Assembly (NCBI GenBank): GCA_051294375.1
Contig: CM119269.1
Location: forward strand, 3,018,026 to 3,082,025
DNA: 64,000 bases
Direction: 5' to 3'
DNA from: Paraspadella gotoi
Taxonomy: Eukaryota; Animalia; Chaetognatha
This document shows positions 1 to 13,829 of this stretch, in pieces; position 1 is the first letter of the stretch; every line of letters begins with the position of its first letter. A program made the position numbers and the translations under genes. Below the pieces are notes generated by a model that saw only the letters and a program-made list of their open reading frames with translations, was not told the origin of the DNA and made no database searches.

Positions 1-213
1 TTTTCTATTTTGTTCAGCCGTCAATTCCAATTTGTTCTCAGCGTCATCGCGAATCAACCGTGCCGAGTGTTGAGCGAAAAAAAAAATCTTATTTGGATTT
101 TGAAAAGCGCATCTCCTTATGTCGCACTCAATCCGCATTACAAGATTGAAACATGAAACACGTTTGAATGGAATATTCTGCGCATGTTTCGAAACGAGAG
201 AGAGAGAGGAGAG

Positions 214-296
<83 letters not shown>

Positions 297-599
297 AACA
301 CCACCAACACGACGGCAGGCGAAGAGAAGATAAAAACACGAGAGACAATCTTATGCAGAACCCAAGCGGCGGATATAAAAAAACAAACAGGATTTCATTT
401 TTTCCCTCTCTTGTTGATTCCGACCGGCGCCTTCACTACTCCTCGGCCCTCTTCCCACAACCAAGTTCTCCATATTTTAGCCATCCTTGCTTAAAAACTT
501 GACATCTCCAAAGATTGCCGTCTAATTTTAGTAATCTCTTTAGCTTAAGTATCTGCATGTATTTGAACGGTTGACGCTACTGCATTTTCTAGCTAAATC

Positions 600-1751
600 A
601 TGAGGCGAGATTCTTCGTCTTCAGTTGGACTGACTGGCGGTTTAAACAGTGACGGTGGCGTTGGCGGCGTCAGCAACGATGGCGCTGCCGCCAGGAGTCC
701 AAGGTTCAATCCCTACGAATCTGAACTTCCGTCGAGCGGACGGCATTTCAGAATTCGATCTGGAGAGACTCTTCGGTCATCGGCCAACAACAGGTTGGTT
801 TTATGTAGTTATTCTTGTGTGGGAGTTGGTTTAGTTATTAGTTATTAGTTTAATAGTAACATCGGGTGTAGTTATTGGTTGGTTCTCGTTCTGGTTGCCC
901 TTTCTTTATTTCTCCTTAATAGTAACTAACTCACAAGCTAATTGAGACGTTTGCTCAGAAAAAAACGGGAATTGCGAGAGAAAACCTCAAATGGCATAAC
1001 ACGATTCGATTTCAGTGTGTTGTTCCACACAAGTTAATATGCAACAACTTGAGTCACTATTCACTTTCGCCCAAACTGGGTGATTTCATTTTTGTCGTAT
1101 TTTGTCATATGGTTTTCATTCCCGCCTCCGAAGCGTCAGTCACGAAATTGGTGATGGCGTGAGTTTAGGTTTTCGTGTCCCCTTTTTTTTTCTTCCTCAT
1201 TGATTTTAGGGAAAAAATTACTTTAGGATTTTTTTTTTTTTTTTTTTTTAACCCGAATTGCGTCGGTAATTTTTTTTTTCAGCGCCAAGAATCCTTTTCG
1301 CAGTCGACTCGCTATCCTCGACTTCACTGATGTGTCACGCTTTCTGAGCTTTAAACATTAGTTTTTTAAAAAAGTATTACCATCGAAATTTCTCGCTTTC
1401 AATGCATTTAATGGAGTTGTTTTTTTTTTGTTTTTTTGCATTGTGCGATTAATAAATGTTTGTTTAATATTAAAAAAAGCGTTCGTTTTCAGCGTGGACC
1501 TTTCTCGTCGCCGAGAATCTTCAATCAACGAACGTCAATCTCCGACGGACATTTTAGACGGCGTAAGTCTCATCGACTCCGACTTTACCGACGTTCGAAG
1601 CGAAAAGCTGCAGCAGCAGCAGCCGCAGCGAAGGCATCCGCTGCAGCAAAAGCTCAATATGTTTTCGGAGCAGCAGCTTTTCGGGGCCTTTCAGGTCAGC
1701 GCCGAAGCGTGAAGGCGGCGCGAAATATTGAAGATAAAATAAACAAATTCT

Positions 1752-1798
<47 letters not shown>

Positions 1799-3538
1799 GT
1801 CTATCTCTCTCTCTCTCTCTCTCTCTCCACACCCCAGAATGCAAATGCAGCGCCTCCAAACGGACGTGGTGGCTTTGGCGACGCAGCTGCGCGCGCGCGA
1901 CGGCGCCAACGCGGCGCTGTCGTCCAGCGTGGCTTCGCTCAAGTCGAAACGGCGGCGGCGCCGCCACGAATCGAACCGGCGGCGTGGAGGCGTTCGGGCG
2001 TCGCGGTCAAGTCCGTCGGACAAGGGAAAGAAAAAGGTTTTCCCCCACTTCGGTCCGTCGACGCCGTTCGAGCAGCGTCAAGAAGGAGGTGAGCGTTTGT
2101 TTACAGTGCAGACTGCAGAGGGTTTTCGATTTAATTCCGCAGAGCTTAAAGAAACCGGTCGAAGTTATCTTTAAATTTAGGGATTTCAAGCCCAAGGGTT
2201 TCAGACTCAAGGGTTCCAAGCCCAAAGGTGCCAAACTCAAGAATTCCAAACCCAAAAGCTTCTTTTGATAGTTTTGTTTTCTTTAGATTTATAAATTTTG
2301 GGGTGCCACTTCTTTCTAGAAATTATCAATACGCTATCACCGCAATTGTTTCTCAAACTAGCTCCTTCATCTTCGCCGACGCCTCGACTCTTCCGAGGTC
2401 CGCGCCGCTCGCGACCTCCATCGCGCCCTCACCTCCCCGGCGTCGGAACGCGGCGTCGAATCGTCGCCTGGAGGCATTGAGCGGCGCTTGCAGTTGCTGG
2501 AGAGGCGCTTGGAGGCGTTGGGGATGGGGTGGGTCTCATCTCATCATAATGCTTTTTAATTTTGTCTCTTCTTATCGTATCTCATGTCATTCCATCACAT
2601 CTCATCTCTTCTCACTTCCCCATCTCCAGCGACGAGCCTTTCACATCCCGACTTGACGAGCGTTTCGAACGCCGCTTGACGGAGCAACGTCGTCGCCTCG
2701 AGGAACTCGACGAGCGACTTCGAGTGGCGGAGACCACACTCGCCGAGCAGAACGCCGCCTGCCTCGCCGCACTTCAGAGATTGCAAGAGGATAACAGGTC
2801 GGAAGAGAATCGTGAACATCATTGCGACCGGAAACAGAAATTTGATAGCGTGAGGTTGAACTAAAAGTTTGAAAAGTTGACAAAAAAATTACTATAGATT
2901 CAAAATCAAAATTTTCTTGGGAATTTTCTTTGAATTTTTTGGGAAGATTCAGAGTAATGTAAATTGCAGAATGCAGAGTTGCTGACTATCCCCAATTTGC
3001 CCATTGCCCACTGGGCATTGTCCAATGCCCGATGCCCAAATGCCCAGGGACAGGGTATCACTTGATAGGCTTTCGGTGCACGAGTCGCTCTTTTCGTTAG
3101 TACCGTTGAAATTCATCACCGCCAGGATCAGCATGCCGAAAGAGAGAGATGGAAATCGCAAATATTCACATCCAAAAACTTAGACCCAAGCGCCCCTCAT
3201 CCCCCCCCCAAAAAAAAAAATATATTAGACGGACGGGCGCGTCGGTTCGCGCCGCCCGCGCCGATCTCCTCGCCGGCGTCGAAAAAGTCAACGCCACCAT
3301 GACGGAGATGAGGGCGCTGGAGGCGGGGCAGAGGGCGCTCATCGAACAGAAGCTGAAGAAGGACGTGTCGAGGGTCAAGAAGATGCTCCTCTTGACGGGA
3401 AACTGGATCGGGAACTCGGCGGTGGAGTGGGAGGAGGAAGAGGAGGGACGAAGGGCGGGAGGAGGGACGGAGGAAAGAAGGAAAGGAGGAGGAGGAGGAG
3501 GAGGAAGAGCAGACAGGTTTGGAGTCGTGGAAGAGTGA
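600..3538 (+). CDS. Spliced coiled-coil protein gene, possibly FAM81-like
   Basis: GT-AG exons 600-793, 1493-1708, 1838-2088, 2362-2528, 2630-2797, 3229-3538 have compatible phases, except for a frame change needed inside exon 3 (~1945-2080). Heptad-rich segments: MQRLQTDVVALATQLRARDGANAALSSSVASL, ERRLQLLERRLEAL, RRRLEELDERLRVAE, KLKKDVSRVKKMLLL. FAM81 resemblance is from memory only. Confidence 0.6.
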
Positions 3539-3864
3539 GGAAGAAATTGGCCTTGGCGCAGAATATCTAGAAAATCTTTTAAACGTTTCGTTCGGTCGAT
3601 CTAGTCAATGTCACTTATTATGTATTTATTTTTTAAGATTTTTTTTTAATATCTACTGCGTATATATTTATGTAATTTTTTTATTTTTTTTGTTTTTTAC
3701 GTAAATTCAATATAATTAGTTCATTGTCTAGATCTACGTATCTCATGGGTCATTTTTTCCCCTTTAGCTATCTTCTATGTAAAAAGATTCCACTAACTTT
3801 TGTCCCTTTTTTGAAACCAATCTCGTTCAATTTCCCACCAATGAACACGCCGACGCTGACTTAC

Positions 3865-4929
3865 CAGCGAGGTGAGGTAAGAGATGGTCGGAAGGCAACG
3901 GTTGACGACCCACTTGAAGGTGACCGCCGTGAGCAGCAGAGTGAAGGAGAGCTGTAGCCGGTTCTGCGGCAGCGACGGGTGGACAGAGTAAGTCGCGAAA
4001 GCCATCAGGGTGATGAAGAACTGAAAGATAAATCGAAGAGGAGACTTAGCTGATCAACGATAAGAAAGCCGTGGAAATGGGTGAGGCCAACTGAAACCCA
4101 CCATGAGGAAAAAGACGTTCCAGTAGAAGTAGCCGGGTCGTCTGGCCGCTCGGCAGGTCACGGTAAAGGTCGGGTGTTTGTACCGCGAGCTCGAGAGATC
4201 CTGCCAAATAATTTGGGCCATTTAGCTCTACTGTTGTTGGATCATTATTCAATTTTGTTAATACTTAATAATAATTTTCGTTCATAACTCCTATTATTTG
4301 ACAAATATTTGATTTATTTTTGTATGTTTGTTTTAAAATGAGAACTATTAATACTTAAATATAATACATTTCTAATATTTATGAGCTATAACGCGCTTGC
4401 AAGTGTAATGACTATGGTGCAAGGTCTATAAAATGAAATGGGCGCCGAAATAATTAATTTGCTAATAAATGATCAATCACAACAGGCGAAAATCTAAGAT
4501 TCGACTATGAAATAAGAGTGCTACTGTATGAATTAACTAGGCGCCGTGATAATGTCCTACGGTAATTGGTCACAACAGCCAAAAAAAAAATGGCGAAAAA
4601 CCAACTAATTTACTTTATCTCCTGAAGAATTCTGCAAAAAAGAGATGAACAATTAGGCTAGATGGGGAAACGCGCCGAGCGAAGAAAGAGTGAGAGCGAG
4701 ATAAAAAGAGAGACAGTGAGGGAAGGAGACAGAAGGTCGATCAAATTGGTGTAATTCTAAAAGTTTTCGTTTACTAGGGTAGTTATTAACTGGCGGCATG
4801 ATTAGTAGACAACATATCTAAAAAGCTAATGACTTATATGATATATAGCAGACAACTTGGTTTTGAAAGAGCGGATACTTATCTATTCAAAACCGAGGAG
4901 ACAGAATTTAGATAAAGTTTAGACAGAGC

Positions 4930-5000
<71 letters not shown>

Positions 5001-5755
5001 AAAAAAAAAACAGGGGAAACAAAAAGTAAAACGGCCCTCCTATAACTCACCTGATCCTTCTCATACCATGGTGATGCCCATGCCTGAGAAGAAAGATTTA
5101 TGAACAGATTAATCATGAAAAAAAAAAACCCTGGACTCGGTCGATGATCTTTATCATTCGACTTTAATCATCAGAGTCCAGACCCGCCACTCCCCGGCGG
5201 TGGATCGATCCGGCAGCCAACACACCCGCCACTACATCCACATCGCTCGTCACTTCTGGACACCCCTACGGGCCTACACTCAACCGCCACGACACCCAAT
5301 AAAAAAGATAAGAGTTATGAGCAATCAATTTTAAACTGCTACAATATGCAAATGACATTGACGAACTTAATCAAAAGTCAAAAGTGACTCGGCTCCGCCC
5401 AGCGCCTCTGACCTGCGTGGTGATCTTCCTCGTGGTCTCGACGTGCTCGTGGAGGCTCCACTCTTGCATGTCGATGAAGGTCTGGGTGTTGATGGAGGAG
5501 AGGGCGGTGAGGTCGTCGATGAAGTCAACCTCGTCGATCGTCCTGGAGGAAGAGGGGGAGTTGTTGTTGTTGTTGTTGTTGTTGTGGCGGATGATGTTGC
5601 TGCTTTTTTTTTTTAATTGATCGCAGGTTGTGAGGTAAGGATAGGTGAATGACGACGACGATCATGATAATGATGATGACGATAATGACAAGTGACAACA
5701 AAAATGATAATAATGATAATGGTGCTGATGATTAAGATAATATTGATAATGATTA

Positions 5756-5823
<68 letters not shown>

Positions 5824-8664
5824 CTATGAAGACGACTTCCACGAAGTCCACTTCGCCGACAACAACGACAACAACGACAACAACGACCCAACCTCTCGGT
5901 CGCGACGGTGATGCTCAAATCCTGGACGTCGACGGGAAAATCGTCGAGTTCCAAATTCTCGAGAAAAACGCCTTTGATTCGTCGCATCTCGAATACAGTC
6001 GGGACACCTGTTGGGGGGGGGGAAGAATGGTTAATACAGATTGGGCACCGAACGGAATTGATCGAGTCTCAATGAGAGACAATGGAAGTAAATGAAGGTT
6101 AGTGCGTAATAAATATATATATATATATATAAATATAACCATGACTGAATCGTCGACTTTTTCTTAAGAATTAAAAAAAAATATAAGACTCATTTTCGAA
6201 AGCGAAACTCTAAAAAGTCTATAATGATCTCTTGATCCTTTAATTTTATAACATTTTTCACTTCCCCAGTCCCCCGCCATTTTTCCCCCCAACTGTCGGA
6301 ACCTCACCTCGCCACCTCACCACCTCACCACCTCACCGTGAGAATCAATCTCCACTTTGTGCCAGGTGTTTTCTTTCAAGTCGCCGACTGAATTTTGGAT
6401 GAAGACGCGCGGATTCCAGTGTTTCTCCGCGGAGAATCCGTCGATGTCGCTCACCTGAGGGTGGAAAGGGGGGGAAGATTTTTTTAAAGGGAGGGAGTGG
6501 GGGTTAGAGCGGCGGGGGATTGGGGATTGGGAATTTGGGCATTGGGGATTGAGGATGGAGGGGGTTTGGGAGGGACGGAGATTTTGTAGCGAGGGATCGG
6601 CCGAGTGTTTGAAGATGGTTTGAGAGAAAACAAAAAGGAAAGGGAAGAAAATTATACTATTTTTATATTATGTCATGGCGGGTTTTATTTTCCTCTTTTT
6701 TGCCGCTTGAAGAAAAAATAAGAAATATAGATTGGCGCTCGTCACCGCCGGATCGTGGATTTTTATGAAGAACGATGAATTCCGCTCTTTACGAATTTCA
6801 TGTAAAAAGTTGAAGTATAAAAAAAATAAAAGCTTTGTCAGGGAAAAAAAAACAATCTTCTCTTTCGTCAGGAGTCGTCAAAAAAAATACGACAAAAAAA
6901 GAGCATTTCGTATACGACTTAATGTTTAAACATTAAATAGTATGTACATATCTAATTGAAGATGAAACGATTTTTAATTATATATTGTTTTTTAATTCCC
7001 CTCTTCAAAACACCCAAATTATAGATAAATTATGTAAGATATTAAATTAGTACAACCAATATATATTATATATAATTTATATATTATTTTAATAAAAATC
7101 GGATTCCGCCATCGATTTTATTCAACTCAGTTCTCGACCCGCGAGTCTTAACTTAAGATATTTCTTTCTCGTCACTACGAAAGAAAAAAGAGCATTTTCG
7201 GTTCTCACGAAATCTTTTGATCCGAAGATTTATGACGATCATAGTTGAACAAGATTTGGCGTCGACGTGGGCGGACCAAGAGCCGACCATTAGTACAAGC
7301 ATGACTGGACCATTGGCCTTTTATGTTAAACTAGGGCGGCAACATTGACCATGATCAATGACCAAACATATGCCAACCATTTGCATGACAATATGTACAT
7401 TGTACAACAATTACTGTAGGTCAAAAAGCCCGGAGCGTGGCTCAACCATTGGCCTATCGATGGTCAACTAGAGCGGTTATTTGCCCAACCGTAGATCGTC
7501 TATTGGCTCAACATTATGGCAGCAATATTCTCGACCATGTCCTAATGATTCCAAACGCAAATATTTCTGCCTCCGCCATCCACATTCCCCCATTGATTAT
7601 TTTTCCTCGCTAATGACCTCACACTGATCGTTTTCCGGGTGATCACAACTTCTTTCTCTTCATCACCGCAATTAATAAACTTTCTGCTTTCGCTGGCAAT
7701 GAAATCGAGGCAGGCGAACTGCAAGTCGTTTGGCAGTCAACGAGTCGGCGAGCAGTCATTAGGTCACCGAGCCCTCATTAAGTCACCAAGCATTCATCCA
7801 GTCGGCGAGCAGTCATTAGGTCACCAAGCATTCATCCAGTCGGCGAGCGGTAATCAAGTCGGCAAGCAGTCACCAAGTCGGTATGTGTAGAAAATGACTC
7901 TTATTTTCTATGCCCCGCAAGGTTGAGCATTGGAGGTAGCGGCCGTCTGTGCTGTTTTAGCGTAGGTCTGCAAATTCTTGCTGGATCTCTAAATCTTGAG
8001 AGTGGAAATAAATCTTGAAAACGTGGTATAAATCCAAAAACGTTCTATTTTATGAAGAATAAATCATGAAAATTGTGGTTCAAAATATGGAATCTGTTGA
8101 ACCTGTGAAAACTTGGTTTCTGACAGCCGTACTATATTTTGAAACTGGTTCTTCGTGAATGAACAGTTTCTCAAAACTTGGGCTAAAAGAAACCTAATAA
8201 AGGTGACCAGACAGCCGAAAGAATCGGTCATTTTAAGGTCAAGTCAAAAGATAGACCGGAGGCGAGTCATTAAGTCAGCAAGCATTCATTAAGTCGGCAA
8301 TCAGTCATTAAGTCGGCAATCAGTTGACAGGCAGTCACCCAGTCGGTATGCAGTTATCAAATCGACAAGCAGTCATTGAGGTAGCAGGCCGTCATAAAGT
8401 CGGCAAGCATTTATTAACTCACCAGACACTCATCAAAACGGCAAGCAGTAATGGAGTCAGTCAAGTAGTCGTAATCTCAGCAAACGAACCCGTAAGTGAG
8501 ATTGATGTCATGGACTCGGCAAAAGGCCAAGATGTGATTCGTCACTTGGAAGTTCGACTCAAATGTAATAAAAACTGTTATCAGTCATAGTATTTGATCA
8601 CAGGCGAAATAAAATTGGACGATGAATATGTTAAATAATATTTATAATAATATAATATAATTAT

Positions 8665-8742
<78 letters not shown>

Positions 8743-10829
8743 TAATTTATAATAATATAATATTTAATAAATAAATGGGTGAACAATATCGTCATCATTA
8801 GTCGCGAAATACTAGAGGCAGCAACACATATTTCTCTAAATAGACTTTAAAACTAAAGACTACGTCCCTCGCCCATTCATCAGTCACGGCGTCGGCTCAG
8901 CCAGGAGTTGAAAGCCAATTCCCAGGAGCGCGATTGAAAAGGACCGGGCGGCGACTGCGGCGGCGGCTGCGGCGGCGAAGCGGCGCGCGATCTCATTAAC
9001 GCCTAATGAATTTTAATTTTTAATATCTGGAGATAGGGAAAAAAAAAGGGAATCCGAGGCCGACAACCCGGAAGCGAGGCTCAATTGAAAAGAACTCCGC
9101 CATATTTCCTCGTTATTATGGCGCAATCATATTCAAAACCTTCTGAGCATAAAATAAAAAAAAAAGAAGGAACGGAAGTGGCAGCGGTGGTTAGGGGGGG
9201 GGAGGGGGGGCGGAGAAACGGAGATCGGAAATTCTCTCTTCTTCTTCTTCTCTTCATCTTTTTCCGCTTTTCATTATTTCTTTTTTCCGCGCGAATTTTC
9301 AAAGCGAAATCTTCGCCAAAAAGAATTTCTCTTTGTGAAAGAAAACTTTGAGGAGAATTTGGCAAAAGGTTTCGATGGGGTTTGGGTTTAATTATATCAG
9401 GTCCAAAGATTTGCGAGGATAAAATGGAATATAATGTAACATGTAGCTATATCAGAGGCTTTGGGTAGAAAAGTCAGCTCCAAAAGTTAAGTATTTTTCA
9501 TATAATTAACGAGAAGAGAGTTTGTTTTATACGTATTTAACTGAAAATATTGTACGTTTTATAAAGTAATATGATATATTTTAACTTCATTAGTAAGTCA
9601 GAAGCAATTTTTCTTAGCGGGAAATTTCAATCTGCGCTTAAATAAGCGTTAAAATTATGAGTACGTAATTCTGATTTTATTCTAATCGGTTGCCGACAAA
9701 CTCCAGGGTAAGTCTCCAAAAGACGGCGTCGTGTCGAACTTACCTTGAGCGAAGGATCCTTCCATTTGGTCTGGATGAAGGCGTCGGCGTGATATTGCTC
9801 CTTGAGGGTGTCGATCTCCCCGATCTTCAGGAAGACGCCTCTCACTTCCACCGAGACCTGGAACAACAACAACAAGGACGATGACGGTACAGATGCTTGT
9901 AAATATATTCTCCATTAGGGAAATTTAATTTAAAATTCATGATTTCGTTTATGTTTTTGTTTTGTTTAAATGCTCTTAATTGAAAGACAAAGATAATAAA
10001 TATCTTTACATTACACAAACAAGACAACTTTATGGTTGAAATATTAGACCAACTCGACGGGTCGCCCATGTGACAACCCCTCGTCACTGCGTCTCCATGA
10101 CGAAATTCGAACCTCTTAATGGAGGTCGTTGAGAATGAAGGAAAAAAAATCTTTGGAGCCGAATCTGTATTGACTGTCGTTGTTGTTGTTGATGATTATG
10201 ATGATGCTGACGATGGTGAATATCGCTTTATGATGGCGATAATACTGTAAATGACGGACATAATGACGCGTATGATGCAGTTGGTGAAGACGATCATGAT
10301 TCTGGTGACGATGATTTATTATTATGAATATAAATTCATGATAATTAATGATGGGGAAAACATATTGAGAATAATAATCATTATGATTGACGCTGATGAT
10401 GATGAAGTTGATTGTAATGGCTTTGATGAAGATAATGATGATGATGATTGGTGATTATGAAGTAGCTGATGATGATGATGAAGACGGAGATAGACGATTA
10501 TCATCTTTAGAACTTTGAACTTTGAACTTTGACCTCAGACTAAAATGACAAGAATGAAAAGTAAATACCCGGGAAAAAAAGTTGGGGCAAGGCAAGAAAC
10601 TTTCTTTGCCATGAGCAGATGATGAAGAAAGGTCAAACTTACTTTGTGCCCTCACTCGGCGCCAACTTTACATAAGATAACGTAATTTATATTGGTAGCA
10701 AAGCTCAAGGCCTTTTTTTCCCGGTTAATTTGACTTTTAGTTGATTTAAAAATGTATACAAAGCTGAGAGAATAAGAAAGACGGAAAAAAAAAGATTGAA
10801 AACAGAGAGACTGAAAGAAAGAGAAAGAG

Positions 10830-10868
<39 letters not shown>

Positions 10869-13075
10869 AGATTGATAAATTGCCAAAAATGTGGTTTTTA
10901 TCAATTAAAAGTAAAGTTTGGCCGAAATTCTTTCCTTTCTCAAATTCCTTCTGCCAAATTTTTTTTTCTGGACATTCGATTCTTTAATCACAACAATTCT
11001 CATTCAACTTTAGAACAGAATTAAAATTGCCTCAAACAGAATTGTCTAAATAATTTCCTCAGACTCCGCCAATAAATTTCTATTTTTTGTTATACTTATC
11101 CTTCAAAATCAATGAATAATAGTTAATAACACTGCATATTCTTCTCAATTATATCATCACTGACATTTTCCGTCTCTTTTGATTTTTTTCCTCGATTCAA
11201 GAGAAAAATCAATAATAATCCTTCATAGAGACGAGAGTCCAAAGGAATACACTTCTTTTTTTCATTCTGAAAAAAAATAATAAGCTGATTCACCAGTCAT
11301 CACCAAAATATGGAATGAAATTGATACAACCAATATAAAAAAATTTTCATTAATTTATTAAATAAGCTATCATGACCCTGACTTTGGACAGGCTATGGTG
11401 GTTTAAGGCCTCTATCACAATTACAAGATAATGACATAGCAGTTCCTTAAGAGCTTTCAATCAAGACTAGTTTATTCACTCTCAATGAAGTGGCGTAATA
11501 TTTCAAAGAATGTTTCAATTGTATGAAAAGACCTCTCCCTAAAGTATCCCTTAAGAATATGAGAGAATTTGGTGAAAAACTCCGATTCACCATATGGGCA
11601 ATTGGGCATGCCATTGATCAGAAGTACGATAATAGTCATCGTGAATCTTAGTGCAACCGTCAACGACTCACCTTGTCGAGCTTCTTGAAGACGTCCTCCT
11701 CTTTGTCTCCTTTGCCCACTTTTCCTTCTCCCCGTTTCGCCGGCTTTTTCTGCGACGACGTCAGAAGATCCTTCGAAGAAAAACAAATGAGCAATGAGCA
11801 TTGAGCAACGAAAATGAGAGTATATCTTCACAAAAAAGGGTGGCAAGAATGGAATTAATTATATTGGAATGGATCTTGGACTATAAAAATGGAGAGTAGA
11901 AAAAATGCAACGGATCATTACTACGTTTGAAAACTTTTATAATCAGTAATGCTAAAAAAAAAACAAGTGAAGAAATGACCTATCAAACAAAAAAAACAAA
12001 AACAAAACAAACAAACAAAACAAAACAAAAGAAACTCGACTGACCTTGACGTCCTTGAGGACTTTGGTGTTTTTCTTAATAGTCCTGTTGAGATCAGAGA
12101 GAATGTAGACCAGATCTCTGAAGGCCATGTCCGGGAGGATTTTGTTGTCCGAGCCTCCTCCTTTGTCCAAAAGAAAAAATGAGATATTATTAAATATTGG
12201 TTATTTTTTGTCACGAAAGCCGTCATTGATTTAAGATTTTCGTATTATTAGTCAGTTTAATATTGGATTAAATTTAAATTCCGCATAAAAGAAGTGACTT
12301 ACCCGGGGCCATGAATTGAGGGTTCATGTTGGAAACAACTCCCATTCCAGGTGCCGACGGATCTGCGCACGAATCAGAGAACAAAAATTACAAGTGATGT
12401 CTACCCAATTATCACATGCGCATTTTATATTTAAAAGTAAAGCTAAGTGAAGCTGAAAGAGTGAACTACTGTCCGATTCTCGATGAAAAGAAATGGACAT
12501 TGGACATTGGACAATTGACATTGGACATTGGACATTGGACATTGGACATTGGACATTGGACAACAGCCAAACCTCCCAGACTAGGAAGATCAAACTTACC
12601 CGTGCGTCCATCGTGATCGTTGCCGGATTCTTCCCCTATAATAAAATATTAATAAAATATTAATAAAAGATCAAGAAAAATTAAGTTAATATTTATTTTT
12701 TTATTTATAAAAAATCACGCAAAGGTTTACAGTCAGAAACCAAGGAAGAAGATGGAAAATGCACGTGCACCTTCTCTGCTAATCTTCACAAGAGCAATGG
12801 TAAATGTCACGGTTTTTATTTCTCTTTTAAAGCCCATAATTATTTCGTAAAAAAATGAATATCACAATAAATATTCGTTCTTGACAAAACCCCGGTTTTT
12901 TTCCCCGACAGAGTTCAGTGATTTCTACGTTTTTTCCTCTTTTCGACTCGAAAGGTCAAACAACTGGGAGGTTGAAAAGGGTGATATGGTCGGCCTATCA
13001 TTCTCAACTGTTCTACGCGGTGATTGTAGACAAAATGAGTTCTGATTGTAATTAATCGAATTGAGAGCGAACGAT

Positions 13076-13145
<70 letters not shown>

Positions 13146-13527
13146 AGAGAGACGAGAGAGAAGAGAAGAGAGAGATTTATCTATGATCGAAAAAAGAAAT
13201 CATTAATTCGACTCAGTCTTTCAGTCGATTCATAGCAGAAATACCATTTGTAGCTGAGTGAGATACAGGGTGATTTAGTTTCGTCGAACTCATCGCCGCA
13301 GATCGAGCCAAGTCCGCGAGTTAAGTTTCGATGTTAACAGAAAAGACATCCATTGACATGAGGCGTTATCATCGCCCCGATCAAATGTCAAATCTCAAGA
13401 GACGATCTTACGATTTTCAAACATTTTACGTCAGTTTTATCACGGGCCCGATTGTGAGAGAATTGTGAGAGAATGGAAAGAGGGGGAGAGAATGAATGAA
13501 TGAATGAATGAATGAATGAATGAATGA

Positions 13528-13595
<68 letters not shown>

Positions 13596-13771
13596 AACAG
13601 AAAAATGTATTAGAAAAATAAAGTGGAAAAGCAAAGAACAAAAAGTTAAAATCAGGGAGAAATATGCGACATAGAGAAAATAAAAAAGGCATAAACCCTT
13701 AAACTTTAAGGCAGGAAGAGAAAAAATAATAAGAAAGAAAGAAAATCTTTAAAAAAAATTTAAAAAAAACA

Positions 13772-13829
<58 letters not shown>

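Noticed and set aside
295-385. Minus-strand hydrophobic stretch WVLHKIVSRVFIFSSPAVVLVVFV as channel M4
   Set aside because: No M3 before it, no suitable acceptor, and it runs into a CT repeat.
119-502. ORFs with ERER/LSLS runs here and throughout the window
   Set aside because: Translations of (AG)n/(CT)n microsatellites, with no splice or family support.
3100-3150. Minus-strand FGMLILAVMNF as channel M3
   Set aside because: No phase-0 acceptor or D-x-Y start, and too short; cannot be fully excluded if the assembly is wrong here.
5757-6095. Poly-Met ORF on +
   Set aside because: (ATG)n microsatellite, antisense to a real channel exon.
6449-6460. cag|GTGAGC as a recursive splice site
   Set aside because: Fully explained by Val-Ser codons at an exon start; the intron is short and there is no other evidence.
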